Positions 45,001 through 54,051 are shown, counted from the stretch's first letter. The stretch is DNA of 54,051 nucleotides from Myxococcales bacterium (GCA_004554395.1 SFMP01000083.1:1-54051); one strand, 5' to 3'. Translations and numbers: made by a program. Notes: generated from the sequence alone by a model not told the origin.

Positions 45001-45831
45001 TCATTCGTCGTGAGGCGAGCGATCGATTTTATCATTCGCCGAGCCATCGCTTTGAATATCTTTTTTTTGCGTTTGTTTTCGTCGTTTTTGAGGCTTTTTT
45101 GGCGCCTCCCAACCGAGCCAAACGCGCTCGTCGTGAGTCAATTCGTGTCGTTTATCGTCGAAGATATCGGGTCGTCTTTCTTGCGTTCTCAAGATGGAAG
45201 CGCAACGCCGCCACTGAGCAATTTGCGCATGATTCCCGTTGAGTAAGACGTCTGGAACGCGCGCGCCACGCACGGTTTCAGGGCGAGTATATTGCGGATA
45301 TTCCAGCCATCCATCCGAAAAGCTTTCGTCGATCGACGACGCATCGTTTCCCAACACGCCGCTCCACAAACGACTGACGGCATCGCCGACGACCATAGCC
45401 GCGAGCTCACCGCCTGTTAAAACGAAATCCCCAATCGATATTTCTTCGTCGACATAGGAACGGACGCGTTCATCGATTCCTTCGTAATGTCCACAAACGA
45501 GTATCAGGGGTTGAGAGAGAGCGCTCAAGCGATGCGCTTGAGCTTGATTAAACCGTTGTCCGTGAGGACTCATCAAGACGACGTGACCGCCGCCGCACAA
45601 GCGCCGGCCTTCTTCGATAGCCAAGATAAGGGGTTCGGCTTTCATCACGAGTCCTGGTCCGCCGCCATAGGGCGCATCGTCGACGCGACGATGCTTATCT
45701 CGACTGAAATCGCGAATTTGTACGAAGCGATAATTCAGTGCCCCGCGCGCTACGGCGCGACCGAGTATCGAATGGTGCATCATGACTTCGAAATACTCGG
45801 GAAACAGCGATACGAAGCAGAGCTCCCTCAT
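45001..45831 (-). CDS. trmD: tRNA (guanine37-N1)-methyltransferase TrmD with a basic C-terminal tail
   Basis: [36 protein letters not shown] and [11 protein letters not shown] motifs. The start is at 45831, or less likely at 45873. Confidence 0.93.
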   Translation of the reverse strand: MRELCFVSLFPEYFEVMMHHSILGRAVARGALNYRFVQIRDFSRDKHRRVDDAPYGGGPGLVMKAEPLILAIEEGRRLCGGGHVVLMSPHGQRFNQAQAHRLSALSQPLILVCGHYEGIDERVRSYVDEEISIGDFVLTGGELAAMVVGDAVSRLWSGVLGNDASSIDESFSDGWLEYPQYTRPETVRGARVPDVLLNGNHAQIAQWRRCASILRTQERRPDIFDDKRHELTHDERVWLGWEAPKKPQKRRKQTQKKDIQSDGSANDKIDRSPHDE

Positions 45832-45836
45832 CGTCG

Positions 45837-46364
45837 CTAACCCTTGTAAATGGCGTCGAGTTCTGCCATCCAATCTGCATCGACGAGAACGGTTTTGGCA
45901 TCTAAATCGACGGTTCCAACGTGCGCCGAAACGAAGGGTACGAGCCCTTCTCCGCCGTCTTCGCTGCGATAATGAAGCATATCGTGTGCGCCACTAGGCA
46001 CGACATCGTCGATAATGCCCCAAGTTTTGCCCGTCGAATCGACGATCGCAAGGCCTTTGAGATCGCAAGCATAATAGCCATGGCGAAGGGGACGCAAGCT
46101 ACTGCGTAGAATCGAGACTTCTTCGCCCGTGAGGCTAAATGCGACATCGCGATCGGTGATGCCCTCGAGTTCGAGCGCCATAAATCGACCGCATCGCGTG
46201 CAGTTTACGACCTTATACTGGCGCTTTTGTTCGCCGAGATAGATGTCTTTTGCGCGCAAGAGGCTGTCGCTTCCGGGTTCGTCTAAGAAGACGCGAATCG
46301 CGCCTTTTATGCCGTGTGCACGTCCGACGACACCAACGCGTATCAATTCCCGTGACTGATTCAT
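45837..46364 (-). CDS. rimM: 16S rRNA processing protein RimM
   Basis: IRVGVVGRAHGIKGAIRV... plus a PRC-barrel-like C-terminus. Conserved position between the KH protein and trmD. Confidence 0.9.
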   Translation of the reverse strand: MNQSRELIRVGVVGRAHGIKGAIRVFLDEPGSDSLLRAKDIYLGEQKRQYKVVNCTRCGRFMALELEGITDRDVAFSLTGEEVSILRSSLRPLRHGYYACDLKGLAIVDSTGKTWGIIDDVVPSGAHDMLHYRSEDGGEGLVPFVSAHVGTVDLDAKTVLVDADWMAELDAIYKG

Positions 46365-46437
46365 GACCGAAAGCCGACTCCTGTCTCACAAAAAAGCACC
46401 ACCGAAAACGATGCATCCTTCGATGGTGCGTCGTCTC

Positions 46438-46683
46438 TTATTCCGACACGACTAATTCGGTAATTTCTAGCTTGCAACGCACACCGTGACGCGCCGATGC
46501 CGCACCTAAAATCGTACGCATTGCTTCGGCAGTGCGACCGCTCTTGCCAATGACTTTACCGAGATCGTTGGCGGGAACTTTCAATTCCACGATCGTCACG
46601 TGTTCGCCATTGACGACATTGACGTGAACTTGCTCAGGATCATCCACAAGCGCCTTCGCCATGCACTCGATCAATTCTTTCAT
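46438..46683 (-). CDS. KH-domain RNA-binding protein (UPF0109/YlqC-like)
   Basis: MKELIECMAKALVDDPEQVHV...LGKVIGKSGRTAEAMRTIL. Conserved position after rpsP. Confidence 0.88.
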   Translation of the reverse strand: MKELIECMAKALVDDPEQVHVNVVNGEHVTIVELKVPANDLGKVIGKSGRTAEAMRTILGAASARHGVRCKLEITELVVSE

Positions 46684-46744
46684 AACTTCTCCAAATTGCT
46701 CTATGCCCTCGAAATGCGCTCCGGCCACAGGGCTTCAATCAGTC

Positions 46745-46984
46745 TTACTTACGGGCTTGGGCTATCAACGATTTGACCGTGTCGCTGGCTTGCGCACCTT
46801 GGGCGAGCCAGTAGTCAACGCGTTCCAAATTGAAATTGACTTTATGGGGATTGCTGACGGAATCGTACGTTCCGAGCATTTCGATGCAACGGCCATCGCG
46901 CACATTGCGGCTATCGGCGGCTACGAGTTTATAGAAGGGACGGTGCGTCGCACCGTGTCGTTGAAGTCGAAGACTTACTGCCAT
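46745..46984 (-). CDS. rpsP: 30S ribosomal protein S16
   Basis: MAVSLRLQRHGATHRPFYKLVAADSRNVRDGRCIEMLGTYD. Confidence 0.95.
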   Translation of the reverse strand: MAVSLRLQRHGATHRPFYKLVAADSRNVRDGRCIEMLGTYDSVSNPHKVNFNLERVDYWLAQGAQASDTVKSLIAQARK

Positions 46985-47230
46985 GATTCCTCCAATTTCC
47001 TGTACTTTGGGTGCATTCTGCGCTGTGCAGATCGAGACATTCGTGAGCCCAAAAATTGGCTACGAATAAACGCGCGCATATTTATGGCATCTCTATCGCT
47101 TTGTCAATCGTTTAATATTCATCGCCATACTCGAACCAAACGCACCCGAAAACTATCGATCTATCGCATCGCCTTGGGCACGCGCGATGCGCATTCGGTT
47201 ATCCATGTCGTTGCGCCCGCATGGGCGCAA

Positions 47231-47384
47231 CGCGGAGGCGTATGCGCGCAGTGAAACGAGCACATAGCCGCAGCCAAAGCCCGTATTGAGCCCAAAGGGC
47301 GAAATAGGGCGTCCAAAGCCCGTATTGAGCGATAGCGAGATAGGGCGTCCAAAGCCCGTATTGAGCGATAGCGAAATAGGGCGC
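47231..47384. repeat. Repeat family B array, an inverted partner of 49788-49943
   Basis: CGCGGAGGCGTATGCGCGC followed by CGAGCACATAGCCGCAGCCAAAGCCCGTATTGAGC, then three CCAAAGCCCGTATTGAGCGATAGCGA-ATAGGGCG units at 47274, 47313 and 47349. Confidence 0.9.
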
Positions 47385-47399
47385 TCCCAAAGAAAAGCG

Positions 47400-49691
47400 T
47401 TAATCTTCGTCGATGGCGACGTCTTCGCCGCCGGCGGCGCGTTCGCGTGGGACGAAGGTGAATTTGCGCGGCGTGCATGAGCGTTCTTTGGCGGTGGGGG
47501 GCTCGAGTGCATCGCGGACGTAGCGATAGGGGTCGGCGAAGAAGTGGACGCGCCCGGCTTCGTCGGCTTTGACCGTGAAATAGTCGATGAAGACGTCGAA
47601 GCGGTTTTTGAGGACGAAACGGCGCGTGACGTAGTCGTCGATGTCGGTGGCGATGGAGTCGCGCCATTGCCCGTCGTAGGTGAGGATGCGTTTGGCGAGT
47701 TCGAGTGGCTCCCAGACGCGCATGCAACCGTGACTGAAGGCGCGGATGGGGTAGCGGAAGAGGCCTTTTTTGGGGCTGTCGTGCATGAACGTGGCGTGTG
47801 CGTTGGGGAAGATGAACTTGACGCGCCCGAGAGCGTTGGATTCCGAGGGGAGCTGGCGCAATATCGTGTAGCCCTTTTCGGAGTAGTATTCGAAGCCGTG
47901 GTCTTGGAGCCAGTTGGGGTCGGCGTTGATTTTTTTGATGTAATCTTCTTGTTCGATGCGGCCTGGGACGTTCCAGTATGGGTTGTATTCGACGTAGAGC
48001 ATTCGCGCGTGCATCAGCGGCGTGGCGTTGATGTAGGTCCACGTTTTTGTTTCGGAATTGCACGATTTTCGGGCGTTTCCGACGACGATTGGGAATCGAT
48101 AGACGCGATCGCCGTCGCGCCAAACTTCGCCATAGAACTCGGGCACGTTGATGAAGATGTAGTAGGGCGATTTGACGATGTATGACTTGTGCCAGCGCCT
48201 CAGATTCTCGTCGATTTGCGCCAGGCGCGTCGTGCGCGGCGTGTTCAAACTCGTCCAAACGCCATTTGTATAGCCTTTTTCGGCGTCATAGACCATCTGA
48301 TGCGTTTCGAGATAGTCGTGCAGGGCTTGTCGCACGGCGTCGTCGAACACGTCGTTTTGTGCCGAATTGGCATCGTTTTGTGCCGAATTGGTGCCGTCTT
48401 GTGCCGAATTGGCGACGTTTTGTTGCGAATTGGCATCGTTTTGTGCCGAATTGGCATCGTCGATGGCGTAATAGCCTTCGGCGGCGAGTCGTCGTTTGAG
48501 ATTTGGAATGCACTTATACGAGGCGCCGAGGCGCATTTTGGCGGGGCACACGACGCGCCCCCAGTCGGGCAAGCTGGCGTAAGTATCGTGCGCCGCCATG
48601 AGCCGTTTGTAGTCGGGGTGTGCCGGATAAATCGCATCGATGAGGTCGTCGATCGTCTGCAAAGTGTGGATTTCGGCCGCCATTCGTTCGGCGACGGCTT
48701 GGTTATTCTGCGCATTGAGTGCTTCGCCCGAATCGACGTCGACTTGCGTGTTGTCGAGTGAGTCGTCGTCTTCGACGGGTGGGGCGTCGTCGGGCTCGGG
48801 TTGGGCTTTGTGCGGCATGACGAGGTCGGAAACGCGGGCTAAGTCGCGAAACCAAGCAGTGGTGCGGTTTTGCGCCAGTTTTGCGTATTTGGCATCGGTC
48901 GGTTTTCGTCCAATTGCCGCCGTTTCTTCGGCCGTGAGGTGCGTCATGTTTTCGAACGCCATGGCGCGCGCGAATCGCATGGCGAGGTCGGCGGTTTCGA
49001 TTTCGAGCCTAGCCGCAGCCAGAGCCGTACGCGTCATTTCTTTGGCGTGTGTCAAAACGGCTTCTCGCAATCTCGGCACGGGCGTTTGCTCGTCGACGAG
49101 TTTGGCAATCAAGTCGCGCACCGAAACGGGGTCGTCGATGTCGAGTTGTTGCGTTTCGATAAACTGTGCAATGATTGCCGATTCCTCGGGAGTAAACGCG
49201 AACAATTCGGGTTCGGCCAGGGCCACATCGCGATAGGCGGCGCGCGCGGCTTGCCAACGGCTCGTGTCGATGGCCAATCCATGCGACGCCAACGATTCGA
49301 GCTCGGTCGTCAAACGCGCCATTTGCGGCGCAATTCCCGCCGGCGTGACGAATATCGGCGCATCGTTGCGATCGGCATAAACCGCCGATAAATCGTCTTT
49401 TTGCATCAATATGAGAGCCCCTTGGGCGTGTTTTTTCTTCGTAGCGGGTTCTGCTTCGTCGATGAGTCGCCGAATTTCTTTCGTTAAATCGTCGGATTTA
49501 GCGAATTTCATTGCGAATTTTGATATATTTTCGGCGTGTTCTTTGACGAATTTTCGAATATACTCGCGACGCGCCTCGATCGTCGCCTGCGCCGCATCGA
49601 TCGCGGGTTCAGAGCTCACTTCGAGTCGCTCTCCCTTTGGCGCACACCCCACCATAGCCGCAGCCAATACTATCCAACACCACCAACGCAT
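47400..49691 (-). CDS. L,D-transpeptidase (YcbB/LdtD-like, YkuD catalytic domain), lipoprotein-type signal
   Basis: MRWWCWIVLAAAMVGC lipobox. FPIVVGNARK...TPLM and IRAFSHGCMRVWEP are the YkuD His/Cys motif. The internal 7-aa repeat DANSAQN occurs 5 times. Confidence 0.88.
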   Translation of the reverse strand: MRWWCWIVLAAAMVGCAPKGERLEVSSEPAIDAAQATIEARREYIRKFVKEHAENISKFAMKFAKSDDLTKEIRRLIDEAEPATKKKHAQGALILMQKDDLSAVYADRNDAPIFVTPAGIAPQMARLTTELESLASHGLAIDTSRWQAARAAYRDVALAEPELFAFTPEESAIIAQFIETQQLDIDDPVSVRDLIAKLVDEQTPVPRLREAVLTHAKEMTRTALAAARLEIETADLAMRFARAMAFENMTHLTAEETAAIGRKPTDAKYAKLAQNRTTAWFRDLARVSDLVMPHKAQPEPDDAPPVEDDDSLDNTQVDVDSGEALNAQNNQAVAERMAAEIHTLQTIDDLIDAIYPAHPDYKRLMAAHDTYASLPDWGRVVCPAKMRLGASYKCIPNLKRRLAAEGYYAIDDANSAQNDANSQQNVANSAQDGTNSAQNDANSAQNDVFDDAVRQALHDYLETHQMVYDAEKGYTNGVWTSLNTPRTTRLAQIDENLRRWHKSYIVKSPYYIFINVPEFYGEVWRDGDRVYRFPIVVGNARKSCNSETKTWTYINATPLMHARMLYVEYNPYWNVPGRIEQEDYIKKINADPNWLQDHGFEYYSEKGYTILRQLPSESNALGRVKFIFPNAHATFMHDSPKKGLFRYPIRAFSHGCMRVWEPLELAKRILTYDGQWRDSIATDIDDYVTRRFVLKNRFDVFIDYFTVKADEAGRVHFFADPYRYVRDALEPPTAKERSCTPRKFTFVPRERAAGGEDVAIDED

Positions 49692-49787
49692 AAGCCCCTC
49701 ACTTTACGTTTCGAGCGCGAAACGACGATTTCCATGGTCGACGTGTATATATAAACGACGCGAAGGCGACAAATTTTTGAGGGAGAT

Positions 49788-49943
49788 CGGGGCGCCCTAT
49801 CGGCAAAGCCGATACGGGCTTTGGTCGCCCTATTTCGCTCGCCGCTCAATACGGGCTTTGGCTCCGGCTATGTGCTCGGGCTGCGCCCTTGCGCGCATAC
49901 GCCTCCGCGGCTCGGCTATTGCCCTTTGGGCAATACGCCGAGC
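49788..49943. repeat. Repeat family B copy, in inverted orientation relative to 47231-47384
   Basis: The reverse complement of 49891-49909 equals 47231-47249 (19/19). The reverse complement of 49845-49879 matches 47257-47291 (34/35). A TATCGGC-AAA-GCCGATA hairpin lies at about 49797-49813. Confidence 0.9.
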
Positions 49944-49974
49944 AATGCCTGTGGTGTGTATATCGGAGACGAAG

Positions 49975-50716
49975 CTACGAAGCGAAACAAGCGCGAACGG
50001 AGCGTTTTTCGTCGTCGGAGAGTTGCAAGAGAGCCATCGCATCTTCGAGAGTTTTGTTCATCGACACCATGAGTCGTTTGACGGCATTGCACATGCCTAG
50101 TTTGACGCCTTGTTCGAGTCCTTGGTCGTGCCCCTGCTTGACGCCTTGGTCGTGCCCCTGCTTGATGCCTAGTATGACGCCTTGCTTGACGCCTTGTTCG
50201 AGTCCTTGCTTGACGCCCCTTTCGTATCCTTCATTATCGATGTCGCGAGCCCAGCTTTTCATTTTGACCTCCTCTGTTAAAAAAGTTCTCTGAAATCCAT
50301 ATTCCGTTGTGAGTATGTGATGCGATTGCTCTATGGAAATTTCGGAACGGAAGAATAGAGAGAGCATCTTCATCAGTTTATGATTAATAGTTGGGATCGG
50401 TCGAATCTCCAACCCACAAGACGACGACGGTCATGAGATCGTAATGTTTAGAATCGACATTGTATGAACCGATGAAATCTTCTTTGCCGATGGTATAGCG
50501 CTGGCATGTACCGCGAGCGTCGGGAGATGGTTTCGTACAAATCCAAATCGAATAGACTTTTTTGATGGCATTGTAGTCGTCGTTCTTGAAGACGGTTCCT
50601 TTTTGGGATGTGATGAGTCGTGCGGAGTAGTAGATGCCGCGTCGAGTGAGGTCGTAGTGCAAATTTGCATTTCGTTGCCCCTCTACGTTAACGATGAGTT
50701 TGATAATAATTGACAA
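49975..50716 (-). pseudogene. Frameshifted, N-terminally truncated Rpn / PD-(D/E)XK-nuclease-family putative transposase
   Basis: Two overlapping ORFs lie in different frames (50384..50716 and 49975..50412). The N-terminal part reads NVEGQ...RRGIYYSARLI. The C-terminal part has the family-typical E-G-x-x-x-G tail (GVKQGLEQGVKQG...). Local GC is lower. Confidence 0.6.
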
Positions 50717-50802
50717 TCGTCGTTGGCATACGATAGAGCAGGGGCAAAATTGTTGCGTGACGCTTGAGGCACGCTTTTTTTTTTCTCATGATGGAGTTAA
50801 AA

Positions 50803-51738
50803 ATGAAGCGCGGTACGGATTATTGGTCAGAATACATCGTTCACATTCCCCTTCCGACGGCATTTCCCGATCCCGAACATCATGCGAAATTGCTCGCCAA
50901 TGTCCGTTATCTGCTTTTAGTGGGTAGCTTGATGCGCCCGCGTCGCCTTGCGAATTTGTGCGAGTCGAAGTTTGGTCTCAAGAAACTCGGGACGTATTTT
51001 AACATCGTCGATCACTACGAGATTTGCGACCGCGAGTATTGTGTTGAAATCGTCGATTTAGGTCTTGAATCGGGCGAAACGATGGCGATCGTGAGCCATG
51101 GTATTGGTGGATCGGGAGCCGAAATCGTGATCAAAGAGATGCGCGCGCTCATCCATTGGTCGAATGCGTTCTTGGGCAATGATGAAGAGAAGGTTCAATT
51201 GCGTTGCGTCGGTCGTAGTGGAACGCGTGGCACATTGGGCGATGTTCCCTATGGGACGGTTGGCGTTTCGACGGCTTCGTATAACGATGAATTCGACGTT
51301 GCGCTTCCCGATGCGAACCTCAATCAGCGCATTTTGGATTGTGCCAAGCGCCTCGATATCCCGACGGCATTGGGATCGGGCGTGTCGACGAATTATTTTT
51401 GGCTTGGTCAGGGGCGTCACGTGCCTGCCGAAGGTCGCATCGCCCAGCACATCGAAGACGAACGTGCGCAAGCGGCGCAAGACAAACTCTGGCGTTTCGT
51501 CGAACGCGGCATCATCTTTGCCGAAATGGAAGACTACACCGTACACTCGATTTGTCGATCGCTCGGCATATCGTCGGCCTCGGTGGGATGCGTCATTGCT
51601 CGTCGTTACGACGTCGAACGCGGTGAATTCATCATCGACTACGATCGTTCGGCGAAAGAAAAAGCCGAGTTATTGCCTGCTCAAGCAATCGTGACGGCTT
51701 TTGTCGATCATGCAAAAGATTTCAATGCCAAGAAATAA
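50803..51738 (+). CDS. Nucleoside phosphorylase-fold protein (PNP_UDP_1 family-like)
   Basis: The ATG at 50803 lies within ORF 50764..51738. VSHGIGGSGAEIVIKEM, CVGRSGTRGTL and FAEMEDYT resemble the Udp/DeoD motifs (GIGxPS, R.G.CG, EME). Confidence 0.65.
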   Translation: MKRGTDYWSEYIVHIPLPTAFPDPEHHAKLLANVRYLLLVGSLMRPRRLANLCESKFGLKKLGTYFNIVDHYEICDREYCVEIVDLGLESGETMAIVSHGIGGSGAEIVIKEMRALIHWSNAFLGNDEEKVQLRCVGRSGTRGTLGDVPYGTVGVSTASYNDEFDVALPDANLNQRILDCAKRLDIPTALGSGVSTNYFWLGQGRHVPAEGRIAQHIEDERAQAAQDKLWRFVERGIIFAEMEDYTVHSICRSLGISSASVGCVIARRYDVERGEFIIDYDRSAKEKAELLPAQAIVTAFVDHAKDFNAKK

Positions 51739-51794
51739 GGCATCGCACGAGCCAGGAATTGGCTAGGCAAACGATGCCTTTGGGCAAAACGAAA

Positions 51795-51828
51795 GGGCAA
51801 ATCGCACGAAGCGATTTGCCCTTTTTTG
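51795..51828. terminator. Bidirectional rho-independent terminator
   Basis: GGGCAAATCGC-ACGAA-GCGATTTGCCC with T-runs on both strands. It lies between convergent genes. Confidence 0.8.
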
Positions 51829-51833
51829 CGTTT

Positions 51834-54051
51834 TTACATATCGGCCCAATTATTGCCGACTTTGAGGTCGATTTTGAGCGGAATGCCGATATCGCAGGCG
51901 TTTGTCATGGCGTCGATCAAGATGGCCTTTGTTTGTTCTAGCTCATCGATGGGGGTTTCGAGCAATAGTTCGTCGTGGATTTGAAGGATAATGCGAGCTT
52001 TAGAGTTGTTTTGAGCGAGCAGGGACTGTAGCCGTAGCATGGCGCATTTGACGATATCGGAAGCGCTGCCTTGGATTGGCGAATTGGCGGCGATTCGGTC
52101 GCCTGCGGCTTGGATCATTTTATTGGGGCTCAAGAATTCATCGATGATGCGTCGATGTCCGAGTACCGTATGGATGACGCCCGTTTGGCGAGCTTTTATG
52201 CCGTTATCGTCGAGCCACTGGGCGAGGACGGGGAATCGTTGGTTAAACTTTTCTAGGAATTGTTTTGCCTCTTGTTTCGAAATGTGGACTTCGCGCGAGA
52301 GTTTTTGTGACCCCATGCCATAGACGATGCCAAAATTGATCGATTTTGCGATTTGTCGTTCGGCTTTGGTGACATCGTCGATCTTTTTATCGAAGAGCTC
52401 GGAAGCGGTGAGCGCGTGGATATCGAGGTCGTTTTGATAGGCATTGACGAGGACGGGATCTCGAGAGAGCGAGGCGAGGACGCGCAATTCGATTTGGCTA
52501 TAGTCGGCGCTGACGAAGCAATAGCCTTTTGCGGGCACAAAAGCGCGTTTGATTTGGCGGCCGAGATCGGACCGCGCCGGGATGTTTTGTAGATTGGGAT
52601 CGGAGCTCGACAGGCGCGTCGTCGCCGTCACGCATTCGTTGAAATGGCAATGAATTCGCGACGACGCGCGATCGGCACAGTCGATGAGGGATTCTGTGTA
52701 CGAAGATCGCAGCTTCGAAATGGTGCGGTATTGCAAGATAATCGAGGCAATCGGATGATCGAGTGATTCGAGGGTATCTTGATCGGTCGACAATCCGTGA
52801 GTTTTGTTCTTTTTCGTTGCCGGCTCGAGTTTGAGCGTTTCGAACAAGAAATGACCGAGCGATTTTGGACTGTTGATATTGAACGGTTCATCGCTAAATT
52901 TATGCGCTTCTTCATCGAGTTTTCTCAATTTCTCGTCAAAATCCGTCGCCATCTCTCTAAGATAATTCGTCTCAACTTCAATTCCGTAGAATTCCATTCG
53001 AGCGAGTGTTTCTGCGATGGGGATATCGATTTGTGAGAAGATTTGGGAGAGGTTGGCGCGTTCGAGTGCGGATTTGAGGGGTTGAACGCATTGCCGCATG
53101 GCGCTTGCCCAAGTGAGTGCCGCATCGGCGCACGATTGCATGGGCATTTCTCGAGGCGTTTTTTGTTTTTTTCCCGTACCGAGCCATTGATCGGGGAGTA
53201 TGGGGAGATCGCGCGCGATGAATTCGGCGACACACGACTGTAACGAAAGTCGGCTTCGCGATGGATGCAAGATATAGGCGGCGATTTGGATGTCGAAGAA
53301 CTGTGCGATGTTTGGAGAATAGCCGCCTGCCCATAGCCATTGCAAAATCGGTTTGACGTCGTAGACGGCGAAGGTGATGTCGCTACGCGATAGGAATTGG
53401 GCGATGGCATGTCGGCATCGGTTGCCATCGTTCGAAATGACGTCGAATAGGGTCTTTTGAACGGTGTTCCATGTGCAATAGAAATCGCGTGCGCCGTCGC
53501 CCGTGGCAAAAGCGCAACCTATCATGCCGGGAGCTTGTGGGGCGGTGTGCTCGAAGATGGGGACGACGGCGATGGTCGTTTTGTCGTCGGCCATGGCGGC
53601 GAAGCGGGCGTCGAGATCGGCGATAGAATCGACGATCGGAGCCGAAACGAGATCGAACGGCGAGCAAGCCCGCTTCGCCGCCTGGAGAATGCCGAGGATT
53701 TCGGGATCGGGCGTCGTCGCCGGAGGGGCTTGTTTTTTGGGGCTCTTTTGCGGCGTGCTGGGGACTGCGTCATTTGAGCCGAGAATCGCGTTTGAAACGG
53801 TATTGGTGCAGTTTGGATTGGAAACGGCGTTTGCAACGGCATTGGTGCAGTTTAGGTTGGAAACGGCGTTGTTTGTGTTGGAAACGGCGTTTGAAACGGT
53901 ATTGGTGCAGTTTGGGTCGGAAACGGCGTTTGCAACGGTATTGGTGCAGTTTGGATTGGAAACGGCGTTTGCAACGGCATTTGCGCAGTTTGGATTGGAA
54001 ACGGCGTTTGCAACGGCATTTGCGCAGTTTGGATTGGAAACGGCGTTTGCA
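51834..54051 (-). CDS. polA: DNA polymerase I (3'-5' exo-like plus polymerase domains in window; 5' end probably beyond the window)
   Basis: DPNLQNIP, SADYSQIELRVLA, RQIAKSINFGIVYGMG and LQIHDELLLE motifs. The first in-window ATG is 53594 (586 aa). The frame has no stop from 53595 to 54051, and the domain-like sequence begins upstream of that ATG. Confidence 0.85.
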   Translation of the reverse strand, partial: ANAVSNPNCANAVANAVSNPNCANAVANAVSNPNCTNTVANAVSDPNCTNTVSNAVSNTNNAVSNLNCTNAVANAVSNPNCTNTVSNAILGSNDAVPSTPQKSPKKQAPPATTPDPEILGILQAAKRACSPFDLVSAPIVDSIADLDARFAAMADDKTTIAVVPIFEHTAPQAPGMIGCAFATGDGARDFYCTWNTVQKTLFDVISNDGNRCRHAIAQFLSRSDITFAVYDVKPILQWLWAGGYSPNIAQFFDIQIAAYILHPSRSRLSLQSCVAEFIARDLPILPDQWLGTGKKQKTPREMPMQSCADAALTWASAMRQCVQPLKSALERANLSQIFSQIDIPIAETLARMEFYGIEVETNYLREMATDFDEKLRKLDEEAHKFSDEPFNINSPKSLGHFLFETLKLEPATKKNKTHGLSTDQDTLESLDHPIASIILQYRTISKLRSSYTESLIDCADRASSRIHCHFNECVTATTRLSSSDPNLQNIPARSDLGRQIKRAFVPAKGYCFVSADYSQIELRVLASLSRDPVLVNAYQNDLDIHALTASELFDKKIDDVTKAERQIAKSINFGIVYGMGSQKLSREVHISKQEAKQFLEKFNQRFPVLAQWLDDNGIKARQTGVIHTVLGHRRIIDEFLSPNKMIQAAGDRIAANSPIQGSASDIVKCAMLRLQSLLAQNNSKARIILQIHDELLLETPIDELEQTKAILIDAMTNACDIGIPLKIDLKVGNNWADM
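53788..54051. repeat. 39-bp tandem repeat (about 6.5 units plus one 21-bp half unit), in frame with polA
   Basis: GGAAACGGCG anchors lie at 53820, 53859, 53880, 53919, 53958, 53997 and 54036, giving spacings of 39, 21, 39, 39, 39 and 39. The array is truncated by the window edge. Confidence 0.9.

Noticed and set aside
49975-50716. An intact mobile element (IS) at the Rpn-like locus
   Set aside because: The gene is frameshifted and truncated, no terminal inverted repeats of its own were identified, and Rpn-family proteins are not proven autonomous transposases.
53457-53842. ORFs 53522..53842 (minus) and 53457..53777 (plus) upstream of the polA ATG
   Set aside because: They lie in other frames than the open polA frame. 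Their composition is Arg/Pro/Ser-rich, whereas the polA frame gives domain-like sequence continuous with the 3'-5' exo-like domain.

Overview
This is a bacterial chromosomal window of roughly 53% GC by eye. Gene content (three Hanks-type Ser/Thr kinases, a dual-FHA protein, a sigma-54 enhancer-binding protein, PEGA/TPR modules) suggests a Myxococcota or deltaproteobacterial-type genome; that taxonomic call is inference only. The core is housekeeping. It includes the tRNA Thr-Tyr-Gly-Thr-tuf-tRNA-Trp-secE-nusG-rplKAJL block (not followed by rpoBC), dut, rsmI, an ABC-F ATPase, queE-queD, maf, lepB, the rpsP-KH-rimM-trmD-rplS operon, an L,D-transpeptidase and polA. Less ordinary content: (1) a zinc-ribbon kinase followed by two tandem paralogous ~640-aa membrane-anchored proteins, convergent on a zinc-ribbon/dual-FHA protein plus lepB operon; (2) a kinase-AAA-TPR STAND-like protein; (3) an orphan GspE/PilB ATPase, a small coiled-coil protein and a 1047-aa fusion carrying a GT51 transglycosylase domain; (4) a frameshifted Rpn/PD-(D/E)XK transposase remnant beside an orphan nucleoside-phosphorylase-fold gene. 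The intergenic regions are unusually rich in tandem and dispersed hairpin repeats (at least five families), including inverted copies that bracket the L,D-transpeptidase gene. The polA reading frame stays open upstream through an in-frame 39-bp tandem repeat to the window edge. A terminator-bounded ~240-nt region downstream of rplS has nested long-range helices and may be an unclassified ncRNA. No CRISPR array, rRNA, intact transposase or recognisable defence system was seen. All family assignments come from motif recognition by eye; no searches were run.
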